DNA of 64,000 bases, taken from NCBI GenBank assembly GCA_001778235.1, contig MFGJ01000007.1:264331-328330 (forward strand), written 5' to 3'. Source of the DNA: Candidatus Falkowbacteria bacterium RIFOXYC2_FULL_36_12. GTDB lineage: Bacteria; Patescibacteriota; Patescibacteriia; UBA11705. Under the pieces are notes generated by a model, which saw nothing but the letters and a program-made list of their open reading frames with translations, made no database searches and was not told the origin of the DNA. Position numbers and translations under genes: made by a program. The number at the start of each line of letters is the position of its first letter. The stretch's first letter is position 1. Below, piece after piece: positions 39,223-48,072 of this stretch.

Positions 39223-39873
39223 ATGAAACCAAACGGACTGATTGGCTTGGTATTAATCCTTCTTGGAGTTTTCATGGGAATGATTATTCTAGGAACGGTG
39301 GAAGATGATACGACAAAATATATTAGTGCAAGTGTTGTCTTTGTCTTTTTTACAATTATTGGGATTAATCTGATTAACAATCGCACAACAGCTACAACTA
39401 CAACGACTACGACGCCTGCGACTACGACTCAAACTCCAAAAGATGTTGTGTCTCAAGTTGTTGGTATGATTATTTTATTGGCACTCCTTGTGGCCACCCT
39501 ATTTGCCTTCAAGGATATTATCGGTTGTATGAGAGATAAAGTAATCCCGGCAACTCAAGAATTTAATAGTTCTCCCTATCCCAACACATTTAGTAAAACG
39601 ATTTGGTATGGGCAAATCCCTGCATATGGTAAAATTGTCAACATAAAATCAAACATTGTTGCCTCCCAAACTGACCCATTTAAATTCTCTGTCACCCAAA
39701 TGGATCAAGCTATTTATGCTAGAATGGAAAAAACTGATGGGACTTTCTCTGACTGGATACCGATCAAGAAAAACAATGCAATTTATAAGATTTTCCAAAG
39801 TGGAACTCTGCAAGCAAAACTACCTGATTGTGCAAGCGCACCAATGAAAACCAGATTTTTAATCATTTATTAA
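39223..39873 (+). CDS. hypothetical membrane protein with a poly-Thr linker
   Basis: Two TM helices flank TTATTTTTTTPATTTQTP. No known motifs. Confidence 0.4.
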   Translation: MKPNGLIGLVLILLGVFMGMIILGTVEDDTTKYISASVVFVFFTIIGINLINNRTTATTTTTTTPATTTQTPKDVVSQVVGMIILLALLVATLFAFKDIIGCMRDKVIPATQEFNSSPYPNTFSKTIWYGQIPAYGKIVNIKSNIVASQTDPFKFSVTQMDQAIYARMEKTDGTFSDWIPIKKNNAIYKIFQSGTLQAKLPDCASAPMKTRFLIIY

Positions 39874-39928
39874 CAAAAAAACCGAAGGTCTCATCCATCG
39901 GTTATTTTTTTTGAAAAATTTTATAGAA

Positions 39929-40579
39929 TTATTCTGCTGGTGCGTATTCAACTTCAATATTGGCATTGTCTGCCTGCTCGGCATCCCTGGCAGCCTCTGT
40001 CTCCGTACGAGGAGGTTGCTGGTTGTCATAAAAATTGAAGCTATTAAAAGCAATTCTGGCATTATCCAAATCATCAATAAGGTGAATTTCAACAATCCTA
40101 TCCCATAATTCAAAAATTACAAGGTCAACAGCTTTACCACTATACAAAGTATCAACATTCTTATATCTTCTGCCCTTGAAGTCTTTGACAATAATTTCTT
40201 CTGAATCAAATTTACTCAATTGCAAGTCCTGCAATTCATTTTCAATATATTCATCTACGGTGTAGTCAGTATTCCAATTGACAAAACCCTTTATAACCAT
40301 ATTACCAATATATGAATCAGACAATTCCTTGGATTTGGTATAAAAAACAATATAGTCTGATCCTTCAGTTCCTATCGGGAAAGTCCAATTTTGCGGAAGA
40401 CGAAATTCATAACGAAATTGGGGATTTGTGTGAACAACCCAGCCATTGACTGCGGTAGAAACATCAGATTGATCCATTATAATTTCGGTATAAGCCTGTT
40501 TCTTGCATCCAGCAAGAGAAAAAATTAAGACTACTGTGACAAGACTGATTAAAACTTTTTTCATAACTTGATAATTCAA
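39929..40579 (-). CDS. putative lipoprotein
   Basis: Signal peptide with lipobox LAGC (MKKVLISLVTVVLIFSLAGCKK). Confidence 0.45.
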   Translation of the reverse strand: MNYQVMKKVLISLVTVVLIFSLAGCKKQAYTEIIMDQSDVSTAVNGWVVHTNPQFRYEFRLPQNWTFPIGTEGSDYIVFYTKSKELSDSYIGNMVIKGFVNWNTDYTVDEYIENELQDLQLSKFDSEEIIVKDFKGRRYKNVDTLYSGKAVDLVIFELWDRIVEIHLIDDLDNARIAFNSFNFYDNQQPPRTETEAARDAEQADNANIEVEYAPAE

Positions 40580-40640
40580 TACAGATTAATGATTGTATAG
40601 TTATAGTGACAAACAAGAAATCTGTATTAGATTAGAATTT

Positions 40641-41516
40641 TTACTTAATTATCCTCCTGATAATATCATTATATTCCTCCTCTGAATAAAAATTTATAAT
40701 AATTTGACCTTTGCCAGCTTTTTTTCTAACATCGACTCGAGTGGATAAAGCTTCTCGGAGTTGCTCCTTGATTGATTCGGTTTCAGGGTCAAATGAACGC
40801 CTGTGACCGGTCTTATTGCGGAGTTGTCTACTCTGCTTTTCAGCATCTCGAACCGTGAAATTGTAATTTGAAATCTGCTCTAAAAATCGAAGCTGTTCTT
40901 CTTCGGAATCAAAACCTGCAATCACTCTAGCATGGCCTTCGGTAATTTTCTTGTCAATCAAAGCCTTCTGGACCGCTTCTGGCAGAGATAAAACCCTAAC
41001 CATATTGGCGATAGTTGATCTTGACTTGCCTACTTTATCAGCCACATCTTCTTGTGTCAAATTAAATTCATTTATCAATTTTTCATAAGCCAGAGCTTCT
41101 TCAATTGGATTCAAGTTGGACCGTTGGATATTTTCAATCAAGGCTAATTCTAATTTTTCTAATTCATCAGCCTCACGGACTATACAGGGGACGGTTTTTA
41201 ATTCAAGAATCTTGGCTGAACGCAACCGCCTTTCACCAGCAATCAGCTCAAACTGGTTGTCTTTTTTTGTAACAACCAAGGGCTGAATAATACCATATCG
41301 TTTGATAGAATTTATTAATTCTTCTAATTGTTCATGGTCAAAAGTTTGACGAGGTTGCATTGGGTTTAAATCAATTTGCCCAACAGGAATATTTAAAATT
41401 CTGTCAGAGTCCTCGACTAAGAATTCTTTGTGCTCATGTGAGACAGCTTCTTCGGCAACTTTTCGATTTGGGATAAGAGATCCTAAACCTCGACCTAAAC
41501 CACTCATTTTTGACAT
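40641..41516 (-). CDS. parB: chromosome partitioning protein ParB
   Basis: ParB box LIAGERRLRSAK plus an HTH. It lies adjacent to parA. Confidence 0.85.
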   Translation of the reverse strand: MSKMSGLGRGLGSLIPNRKVAEEAVSHEHKEFLVEDSDRILNIPVGQIDLNPMQPRQTFDHEQLEELINSIKRYGIIQPLVVTKKDNQFELIAGERRLRSAKILELKTVPCIVREADELEKLELALIENIQRSNLNPIEEALAYEKLINEFNLTQEDVADKVGKSRSTIANMVRVLSLPEAVQKALIDKKITEGHARVIAGFDSEEEQLRFLEQISNYNFTVRDAEKQSRQLRNKTGHRRSFDPETESIKEQLREALSTRVDVRKKAGKGQIIINFYSEEEYNDIIRRIIK

Positions 41517-41534
41517 AACTATTTTTTTAATATT

Positions 41535-42311
41535 TTATATTTCTTTTTGTAAAAAAATTTCAATTACTTCACGGGCTAGCTTGCTATAAGCTTTGGCGCC
41601 TTTTGAACTAGGATCGTACTTGGAAATCGGCATTCCATGACTAGGAGCTTCAGATAACCTGACATTACGAGGAACAATGGAACGAAAAATTTTATCTGGG
41701 AAATATTTGTATAATTCCTCCATTACTTGACCAGAAAGTTTTGTACGCTTATCAAACATAGTAATAATTGCGCCCAATATATTTAATTCTGGTTTGATAT
41801 TATCTCTTACCAACCCAATAGTATTAATTAACTGACTCAAACCTTCAAGCGCATAGTATTCGGCTTGAACAGGAATTAAAATATGATCAGCTGCGACTAA
41901 CCCATTGATAGTCAAAATGCCAAGAGATGGCGGACAATCAATTAAAATGATATCATAATCAGCTTTTACCTCAAGTAAAGCATCACTTAGCCTAAATTCC
42001 CGTCTAGCAATGTCAACTAGTTCAATATTGGCACCAGCCAAAGATGGTGTGGCAGGTGCAACTCGATAACCATGAATTCCTGTTGGCATAACAATTTCCC
42101 GAACCAAGTGAGTACCGATCAATGCTTGATAAATACCCTTATCTAAATCAGTATAATTTACGCCAAGACCAGAAGAAGCATTCGCCTGTGGATCAAGGTC
42201 AACCAAAAGTACAAATTTACCATGTTCAGCCAAATATGCCCCCAAATTTACAGCTGTGGTGGTTTTACCAACTCCGCCTTTTTGATTAACAATACTAATA
42301 ATTTCAGCCAT
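41535..42311 (-). CDS. parA: chromosome partitioning ATPase ParA
   Basis: Deviant Walker A NQKGGVGKTTTAVNLG. Confidence 0.9.
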   Translation of the reverse strand: MAEIISIVNQKGGVGKTTTAVNLGAYLAEHGKFVLLVDLDPQANASSGLGVNYTDLDKGIYQALIGTHLVREIVMPTGIHGYRVAPATPSLAGANIELVDIARREFRLSDALLEVKADYDIILIDCPPSLGILTINGLVAADHILIPVQAEYYALEGLSQLINTIGLVRDNIKPELNILGAIITMFDKRTKLSGQVMEELYKYFPDKIFRSIVPRNVRLSEAPSHGMPISKYDPSSKGAKAYSKLAREVIEIFLQKEI

Positions 42312-42530
42312 AAATTTGAATGACTTGTTTATAATTTATTCTGTTATAATTATACATAAAGATGCAACTTTTGACAATATTGATTTTTTGTATTATAATC
42401 CAATTGTTTTTAGCGTAATTTAGAGAATTGTCGATGATGCCGAGGTGACTGATTACTCTTCATCAAAACAAGCGGAGGTTTGGCTGTAGATTGAATTACT
42501 ATTGCTATACCTTATTTACAATTGATTTAA

Positions 42531-42722
42531 GCCGAAGTGCCCGCCTACGCAGGTGGCTACGGCGGACAGGGCGGTAATTAGTAGAGAGATTTAACTTTCT
42601 ACCAGTTCCGCCACATTTACAATCATGCCGAAGTGCCCGCCTACGCAGGTGGCTACGGCGGACAGGGCGGTAATTAGTAGGGAGATTTAACTTTCTACCA
42701 GTTCCGCCACATTTACAATCAT
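42531..42722 (+). repeat. two 96-bp tandem direct repeats derived from the 5' part of the adjacent tRNA-Leu
   Basis: Each unit starts with gccgaagtg, which equals tRNA-Leu nt 1-9. Each unit contains ctaccagttccgccac, the reverse complement of tRNA-Leu nt 7-21, and ends acatttacaatcat. The units differ by 1 nt (gtagag vs gtaggg). The third unit is the tRNA itself. Confidence 0.85.
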
Positions 42723-42809
42723 GCCGAAGTGGCGGAACTGGTAGACGCGCTGGACTCAAAATCCAGTGGTGGCAACATCGTGAGAGTTCGAGTCTCTCCT
42801 TCGGCACCA
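42723..42809 (+). tRNA. tRNA-Leu (anticodon CAA), CCA encoded
   Basis: Hand fold: acceptor GCCGAAG/CTTCGGC. Anticodon stem CTGGA/TCCAG with loop CTCAAAA. Long variable arm. T-arm GAGAG-TTCGAGT-CTCTC. Discriminator A followed by CCA. Confidence 0.85.
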
Positions 42810-42895
42810 TACAAAATTAAAAGATTATAATAAACTATAGACTTAGCTTGATGTTTTTCTAAATTTAAGCTATAATATACAACAATACTAATTAG

Positions 42896-42970
42896 CGCGG
42901 GGTAGAGCAGTGGCAGCTCGCTAGGCCCATAACCTAGAGGTCGGGGGTTCGAATCCCCCCCCCGCAACCA
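42896..42970 (+). tRNA. tRNA-Met (anticodon CAU), initiator-like with a C1xA72 mismatch, CCA encoded
   Basis: Hand fold: acceptor CGCGGGG/CCCCGCA with unpaired C1-A72. D-stem GAGC/GCTC. Anticodon stem CTAGG/CCTAG with loop CCCATAA (C at position 33). T-arm GGGGG-TTCGAAT-CCCCC. Confidence 0.75.
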
Positions 42971-43106
42971 AGGTGTATTCATTACAGTGTTGGTAGAAAT
43001 TCTTGGCAAGTCAAGTTAAACCGTGGATTGTCAAGAAATTTTACGAACAAACATTGCTTCACTTGTAATTGGGCTTGTTCCGAAGTGAACCATAGCCACT
43101 ACTTCG

Positions 43107-43183
43107 GGGCAGGGTAGCTCAGCTGGTTAGAGCGAGGGAATCATAACCCCTAGGTCGGCGGTTCAATTCCGCCCCCTGTCACC
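43107..43183 (+). tRNA. tRNA with CAU anticodon (elongator Met or Ile2/lysidine), CCA encoded
   Basis: Acceptor GGCAGGG/CCCTGTC with a G-U at 2:71. D-stem GCTC/GAGC. Anticodon loop ATCATAA. T-arm GGCGG-TTCAATT-CCGCC. Confidence 0.75.
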
Positions 43184-43190
43184 ATTATTT

Positions 43191-44213
43191 TTGACAAAAA
43201 TAAAAGAACCTTTCTGGTTCAAAACAAAAAAAATGCTACAATTCATCTGGGATTATCAAATTTTTTCATATATTTTATTTTGTTCAATCTTTGCATATTT
43301 AGTTTTTAAAAATTACAAGAGAACAAAGATCTTGGATTCAAAAAAGAAAAGAATTTCCAAACTGACGGTCGGATCTTTTTTTATTTTAGGTGTATTAATA
43401 TTAATTTATGGTAGCATTATTGAACCTAGATTAATGAAAATTACTAATATTGATATAAACCTACGGCAAACTCAAAAACACGAACAACTTAAAATCGTCC
43501 ACATTTCTGATATTCATGTTGGGACTTATAAAAAAGAACAGTATATTAGGCGTTTGGCTGATGAAATTAACAAAATAAGACCTGACCTTGTTGTAATGAC
43601 AGGTGATTTTATTTTGAATAATCAAGAAGATGCAGAATATCTACGACCGCTTGAAAAAATAAGTCGAATTTATCCAACATATGCTGTTACAGGGAATCAT
43701 GAATACAATCTTGGCGACTGGAATAACTCCAGCTTCAGCAGTCTGAATGATAAAACGACGACTCTAAGAAAAGTTTTCGATGAAATCGGAGTTACACTGC
43801 TAGAAAATCAAACAAAATTAATTGCTGACAACCAAGGACCATTTTATTTGATTGGGATTGAAGATATTTGGAAACAAAACGAAGAATTGAAAAATAATTT
43901 AGAGAAAATAACAGCCAATCTCAACCGTGAATATCCAACAATACTTTTATCTCATAATCCTGATATTATAATACAAGATACTTCTGCTTTTGATCTAATC
44001 TTGTCCGGACATACTCATGGCGGTCAAATTCGTTTGCCTTTTATCGGTTCAGTGATGAAATTACCAACAGAAATAAGCGACTCATATGACAAAGGATTAT
44101 TCTCACTTGAAAACGGTAACCAATTATTTATAACTAGTGGTGTTGGAGAATCAAGTCCAAGATCCCGTTTGTTTTGCCTGCCAGAAATAGTAGTCATTAA
44201 CTTGGACTTATAA
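43191..44213 (+). CDS. membrane-anchored calcineurin-like metallophosphoesterase
   Basis: Two N-terminal TM helices. HISDIHVG, VMTGDF, GNHE and GHTHGG phosphoesterase motifs. Confidence 0.7.
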   Translation: MTKIKEPFWFKTKKMLQFIWDYQIFSYILFCSIFAYLVFKNYKRTKILDSKKKRISKLTVGSFFILGVLILIYGSIIEPRLMKITNIDINLRQTQKHEQLKIVHISDIHVGTYKKEQYIRRLADEINKIRPDLVVMTGDFILNNQEDAEYLRPLEKISRIYPTYAVTGNHEYNLGDWNNSSFSSLNDKTTTLRKVFDEIGVTLLENQTKLIADNQGPFYLIGIEDIWKQNEELKNNLEKITANLNREYPTILLSHNPDIIIQDTSAFDLILSGHTHGGQIRLPFIGSVMKLPTEISDSYDKGLFSLENGNQLFITSGVGESSPRSRLFCLPEIVVINLDL

Positions 44214-44243
44214 AAAACACTATAAATATAAACTATTTTATAT

Positions 44244-44705
44244 ATGATGATGGTGACACATGGAGCAATAGGAGCACTAATTGGGGAACAAACTGCAAGT
44301 GCTGGTCTGGCATTTATTTTGGGGCTAGTCTCTCATTATTTTTTGGATATAATCCCACATGGAGATGATGATAGCGTAGAAACATTCAAGACTGAAAGCA
44401 ATTTTCGGAAAGTCCTAGGTGCAATTATGATGGATTCTGTACTTGGGATAATTTTTCTACTGCTTTATTTCACGAACACAACAAAATCAGGCGTTGAACT
44501 ATGGCCGGTGGTGGCTGGGATCGCTGGTGCAGTTATACCAGACTTACTTGTTGGTTTTTATTATGTTAACAAAAAATATTTTTTTAGACATAATTTTTTT
44601 CATTTAAAAATACATGACTTGATAAAGGTTCATGTACCATTTAGGGTTGCTTTTGCGGTTCAAATTGTTGTTATAATATTATTATGGAATTTTTATAAAT
44701 TCTAA
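44244..44705 (+). CDS. hypothetical small membrane protein (possible membrane-bound metal-dependent hydrolase fold)
   Basis: 153 aa with 3-4 TM helices and conserved His residues (MMMVTHGAIG, IIPHGDDD). Weak evidence. Confidence 0.3.
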   Translation: MMMVTHGAIGALIGEQTASAGLAFILGLVSHYFLDIIPHGDDDSVETFKTESNFRKVLGAIMMDSVLGIIFLLLYFTNTTKSGVELWPVVAGIAGAVIPDLLVGFYYVNKKYFFRHNFFHLKIHDLIKVHVPFRVAFAVQIVVIILLWNFYKF

Positions 44706-45815
44706 AATTTGGTCGGCGGTTTTGTCCCAAGTAAATGTTTTGGCATATTGACTTCCCTTCTCAATCAAATCTTCTCGTAGCTTTTTGTCTTGGAGGATTT
44801 TTTTTATGGCTAAATATAATTCAATACTGTCTTTGGGATCAATTTTTATTGCCTGATCAGTAATAATTTCTCCGGTTGCACCGGTATTTGAAGTAATCAC
44901 TGGACAACTATTTATCATGGCTTCAAGCACTGGCAAACCAAAACCTTCAAAATATGATGGAAAAACAAAACATTCAGCTTTCTGCATCAAAATATTGCGT
45001 TCTTTGTCTGAAACCTTTCCTATGTACCTGATAGCTTCTGTTCCTAACAGCTGATTTTTTTCATTCAAGCGATTAAAAAAATTTTTATATTTCCAGCCTT
45101 TGGCTCCAGCGATAATCAGTTCAATCTCTGTCTTTGTTTCTTTTTTGTACTGATAAAAAGCGTTTATCAAGCAATTCAAATTTTTTCTTGGTTCAATTGT
45201 CCCGACAAACAATAAAAAAGGCTTGGTGATTCTATGCTCTTTCATTACTTCTTCAACGGCTAATTGACCATAATCTCGAGTGGGGGTAATTCCAGAATAA
45301 ATAACTCTAATATCCTTGTCTTGCCGAAATTTAAATAAATATAAAAGTGTTTTCTTGGTGGCTTCGGAAATTGTAACTATTTTTGAAGCTTTGGTCACAC
45401 TGGCGGGGACAACTAAAAGCTTGGAAAACCATTGCTTGTTCGGAAACCAATGAGGTTGGGTATAAATAATCAGATCGTGGATAATCAGCAAACTTTTTCC
45501 TAAATAAAAAAATGGCATGCTTCCACTCGGGAAAATCGTCCAATCAAGAAATTCACGCCAAACCTGTAGTGTAAAGAAAAAATGGGCGCTGAAAAAAGGA
45601 ACTTGGTTTTTTACTTTGATAATTTTAAAATTTCTTTCCACTTTCAATGAATCAATAGTCTGCTGACTGATTTTTTCATCAAAAAATAAAACAAAATCGG
45701 ACTGTTTGTCCTGCGATAAGATATTTTTCACCAAATGAAAAATATAACGGGGAATGCCAGCGCCGATATTTTTTTCTATATCATAAATTTGTCGACAATC
45801 AATACCAATTTTCAT
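44682..45815 (-). CDS. glycosyltransferase family 4 (GT-B)
   Basis: EGFGLPVLEAM motif plus a Rossmann pair. Confidence 0.8.
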   Translation of the reverse strand: MKIGIDCRQIYDIEKNIGAGIPRYIFHLVKNILSQDKQSDFVLFFDEKISQQTIDSLKVERNFKIIKVKNQVPFFSAHFFFTLQVWREFLDWTIFPSGSMPFFYLGKSLLIIHDLIIYTQPHWFPNKQWFSKLLVVPASVTKASKIVTISEATKKTLLYLFKFRQDKDIRVIYSGITPTRDYGQLAVEEVMKEHRITKPFLLFVGTIEPRKNLNCLINAFYQYKKETKTEIELIIAGAKGWKYKNFFNRLNEKNQLLGTEAIRYIGKVSDKERNILMQKAECFVFPSYFEGFGLPVLEAMINSCPVITSNTGATGEIITDQAIKIDPKDSIELYLAIKKILQDKKLREDLIEKGSQYAKTFTWDKTADQILEFIKIP

Positions 45816-45818
45816 ATT

Positions 45819-46304
45819 TTATTTAAAAGCAAGAACGCCTATGTAGGTTAAGACAGAAACAATTATTCCAGCAATTAAGGTGCCCAATGAGATTAACAAA
45901 ACTGACCGCATACGATCAATGCCAAAAAGAAAGGCGGCAACTGAACCGGTCCATACGCCAGTAATGGGCAATGGAATGGCAACAAAAATAACTAAGGCAA
46001 TTTCACCATACTTCAGATACTTACCCTCAAATTTTCTGCGAGTTCGGGCAAAGAGCCAAGTGAAAAACTTTAAGCCTAATTTAAATTTCATCAGTTGTTT
46101 TGAGACAATATCGATGAGGTAAACCAAGACTAGCGTAATAAAAATACTGCCTAAAACAGACCAGAAAAACGCTTGTAAAATTGGTAAATTAAACCAACCT
46201 ACAGCAATAGGGATTGAGGCTCTAAGTTCAGTAACAGGGATTAGGGCTAAAAGAAAAGTTGCTAATTCAGCTGGTAAATTTTTTACTAATTCTAGAAAAA
46301 ACAT
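45819..46304 (-). CDS. small multi-TM protein (small multidrug-export-like, COG2426-type)
   Basis: 161 aa with 4 TM helices. The ELRASIPIAVGW motif is characteristic of that family. Confidence 0.4.
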   Translation of the reverse strand: MFFLELVKNLPAELATFLLALIPVTELRASIPIAVGWFNLPILQAFFWSVLGSIFITLVLVYLIDIVSKQLMKFKLGLKFFTWLFARTRRKFEGKYLKYGEIALVIFVAIPLPITGVWTGSVAAFLFGIDRMRSVLLISLGTLIAGIIVSVLTYIGVLAFK

Positions 46305-46321
46305 AAGTTTTGATTAATTAA

Positions 46322-46350
46322 TTCTTGACGAATTGTTTTTGATATGATAA
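46322..46350 (+). promoter_or_regulatory. sigma-70-type promoter (TTGACG-17-TAATAT)
   Basis: Read directly from the sequence. It drives the hairpin RNA below. Confidence 0.5.
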
Positions 46351-46356
46351 TATATT

Positions 46357-46462
46357 TTTGTTGAAAGTTCAATGGTAGGTTTCCTGGTGGCTGGCGGTAT
46401 GAGGAATCCCCCCCAGGAGTGCAGTAGTCAACGATGATCTACTGCCAGCCACCTTTTTTTCA
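46357..46462 (+). ncRNA. about 100-nt candidate sRNA: a long hairpin with a terminator
   Basis: ggtggctggc...gccagccacc is a perfect 10-bp stem enclosing a C-rich internal loop (aatcccccccaggagtgcagtag), followed by ttttttt. The region is GC-rich relative to its AT-rich surroundings. Confidence 0.3.
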
Positions 46463-46487
46463 ACAAACTAATTTATGTTATAATACT

Positions 46488-46791
46488 GAAGTTCCCAGAC
46501 GGTGGCCAACGGCCATGCTACCTGATGGGACGACTGCCCTCTAGCGTTCTGGCCAAATTGCTAAAGGGCGACCATCCCCCCATTCCCGTTGTCCTGGGTG
46601 CGCTGACTGAAGATCTTCCCCTGCTTTCAGGAAGAGGCTGAAGTAGCGTAGCCCCTTAACCTTAACCTGCCACCAGAAAGCTAGCTCTGTGTAGTGTGAG
46701 CTCCACTCCAGAGCGAATCAACCGAGCTCAAACCGCCGGATGCCTAAACGCACCTGGCTGCCCATCGCGATTCACGATCGTGATGGGCATT
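46488..46791 (+). ncRNA. about 300-nt GC-rich structured RNA candidate, unidentified
   Basis: Preceded by a -10 tataat at about 46476. It ends with hairpin gcccatcgcgat-tcac-gatcgtgatgggc followed by ttttt at about 46786. There is no ORF. The GC content is far above the genome background. It matches none of the RNase P, tmRNA or SRP consensus blocks I checked by eye. Confidence 0.35.
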
Positions 46792-46806
46792 TTTTATTAT
46801 AGACAA

Positions 46807-47715
46807 TTATTTTTCCCATTGATAATTATTAAAAACCCAATCAGCCAAAACCTTGGTATCTTGAAATCGAGAATCAATTGTATTACTATTTAATACTACA
46901 AAAATAACTGGCTTATTTTCATGAGTAATCTCAACAGCCAAACAATAACCAGCTTCTGGCAGATAACCGGTTTTACCACCAATTAATTCATAACCATAGA
47001 TCTGACTATTTAAAAAACTGTCAATAAGAATATCTGTGCTGGTAATCTGACGGTTATTTTTTTTATTTAAAATATCAATTTCATATTTTGGCTGAATTAC
47101 TGTTTCCCGAATTTGGTTTTTCTGCAAAGCAAGATAAATTAATCTAGCAATATCTGAAGCGGTTGAAACATTGCCAGCTGAAAGACCGGTAGGATCGCTA
47201 AAATCAGTATTGTACAAACCTAATTCTTCGGCTTTATAATTCATCAGTTCAGTAAATTCCAAATTGGATAAACCAAGAGCTCGAACCAGGGCCATAATTG
47301 AATTATTATCCGAACTGATCAGAGCTGATTTCCACAAATCAATAAACTTCACCTGTTCTCCACGATAAATATGCGGATAAGCTCCGACTGTTTCATCAGA
47401 GGACATGAGTGTCACTTGTTTTTGCCAATCTGGATTTAAATCCAAAATAACCAAAGCAGTCATAATCTTTGTTATGCTGGCAATTGGTTGTTCCTCATTT
47501 GCATGTCTGCCGGCTAGGACTTTACCACTAGCAACATCGACGACTAAATATTTATTGGCAGTAATCTCTACACCAATGTTTTCAGGATTAATTCTCGCGG
47601 GCGTTGATACGACTGATTGATTTTCGGCAAGTGAAAGAAACTCTGTATTTTCTACAGAGTAAACATTATTTACAGAATGAATTAAGAGTAAACTAAGGAT
47701 TATATTGAGAAACAT
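46807..47715 (-). CDS. dacA: D-alanyl-D-alanine carboxypeptidase (S11, PBP5-like)
   Basis: Signal peptide, then SITK (SxxK), SDN and KTG motifs. Confidence 0.8.
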   Translation of the reverse strand: MFLNIILSLLLIHSVNNVYSVENTEFLSLAENQSVVSTPARINPENIGVEITANKYLVVDVASGKVLAGRHANEEQPIASITKIMTALVILDLNPDWQKQVTLMSSDETVGAYPHIYRGEQVKFIDLWKSALISSDNNSIMALVRALGLSNLEFTELMNYKAEELGLYNTDFSDPTGLSAGNVSTASDIARLIYLALQKNQIRETVIQPKYEIDILNKKNNRQITSTDILIDSFLNSQIYGYELIGGKTGYLPEAGYCLAVEITHENKPVIFVVLNSNTIDSRFQDTKVLADWVFNNYQWEK

Positions 47716-47835
47716 AGAGGTAACATGGGTTAAAATGGTTAAATGGGATGTTTGAGCTTGAAGGGATTATCAAGAATTATTACTTATATTCAGGTCTTAT
47801 TTTCCCTTAAAATATGCACAATATCTCACCACCTC

Positions 47836-47864
47836 TTGACAACAAATGGCACATGTGATATAAT
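47836..47864 (+). promoter_or_regulatory. consensus sigma-70 promoter TTGACA-17-TATAAT
   Basis: TTGACA at 47836-47841, a 17-nt spacer, and TATAAT at 47859-47864. Confidence 0.6.
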
Positions 47865-47870
47865 GTAATA

Positions 47871-48072
47871 GTTAAATGAGTTTTCTTTGGGTTCGCCCAG
47901 AGAAAAGGGTTCGAAGCTAGGTCCGACTAATTCGGATAGGGAGAGTAATCTCCTAAAGATCCTAGTGGAGGCGTCCCTGACCGCAAGGTCAAAAAACAGC
48001 AGAGGCACGGTAAACAACCCGTGTCACTACCCCCAGAACGTGTTCGCATGTTCTGGGGGTCTTATTTTTTTA
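47871..48072 (+). ncRNA. about 200-nt structured ncRNA candidate (6S- or SRP-like size), unidentified
   Basis: Hairpins cuuuggg-UUCG-cccagag, uccga-cuaau-ucgga, ggag-aguaau-cucc and gacc-GCAA-gguc. Terminator cccccagaacgtgttcgcatgttctggggg followed by ttattttttt. No ORF. Confidence 0.45.

Noticed and set aside
42505-43009. Track ORFs 42505..42810(-) and 42719..43009(-), each about 100 aa.
   Set aside because: They are read across the tRNA-Leu repeats and the tRNA-fMet gene on the antisense strand. They are Arg/Pro-rich low-complexity artifacts.
42312-43200. Integrated mobile element or integrase at the tRNA cluster.
   Set aside because: No integrase, transposase or phage-like ORF lies within several kb. 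The flanks are parA/parB and a phosphoesterase. Only the 96-bp duplications are present.
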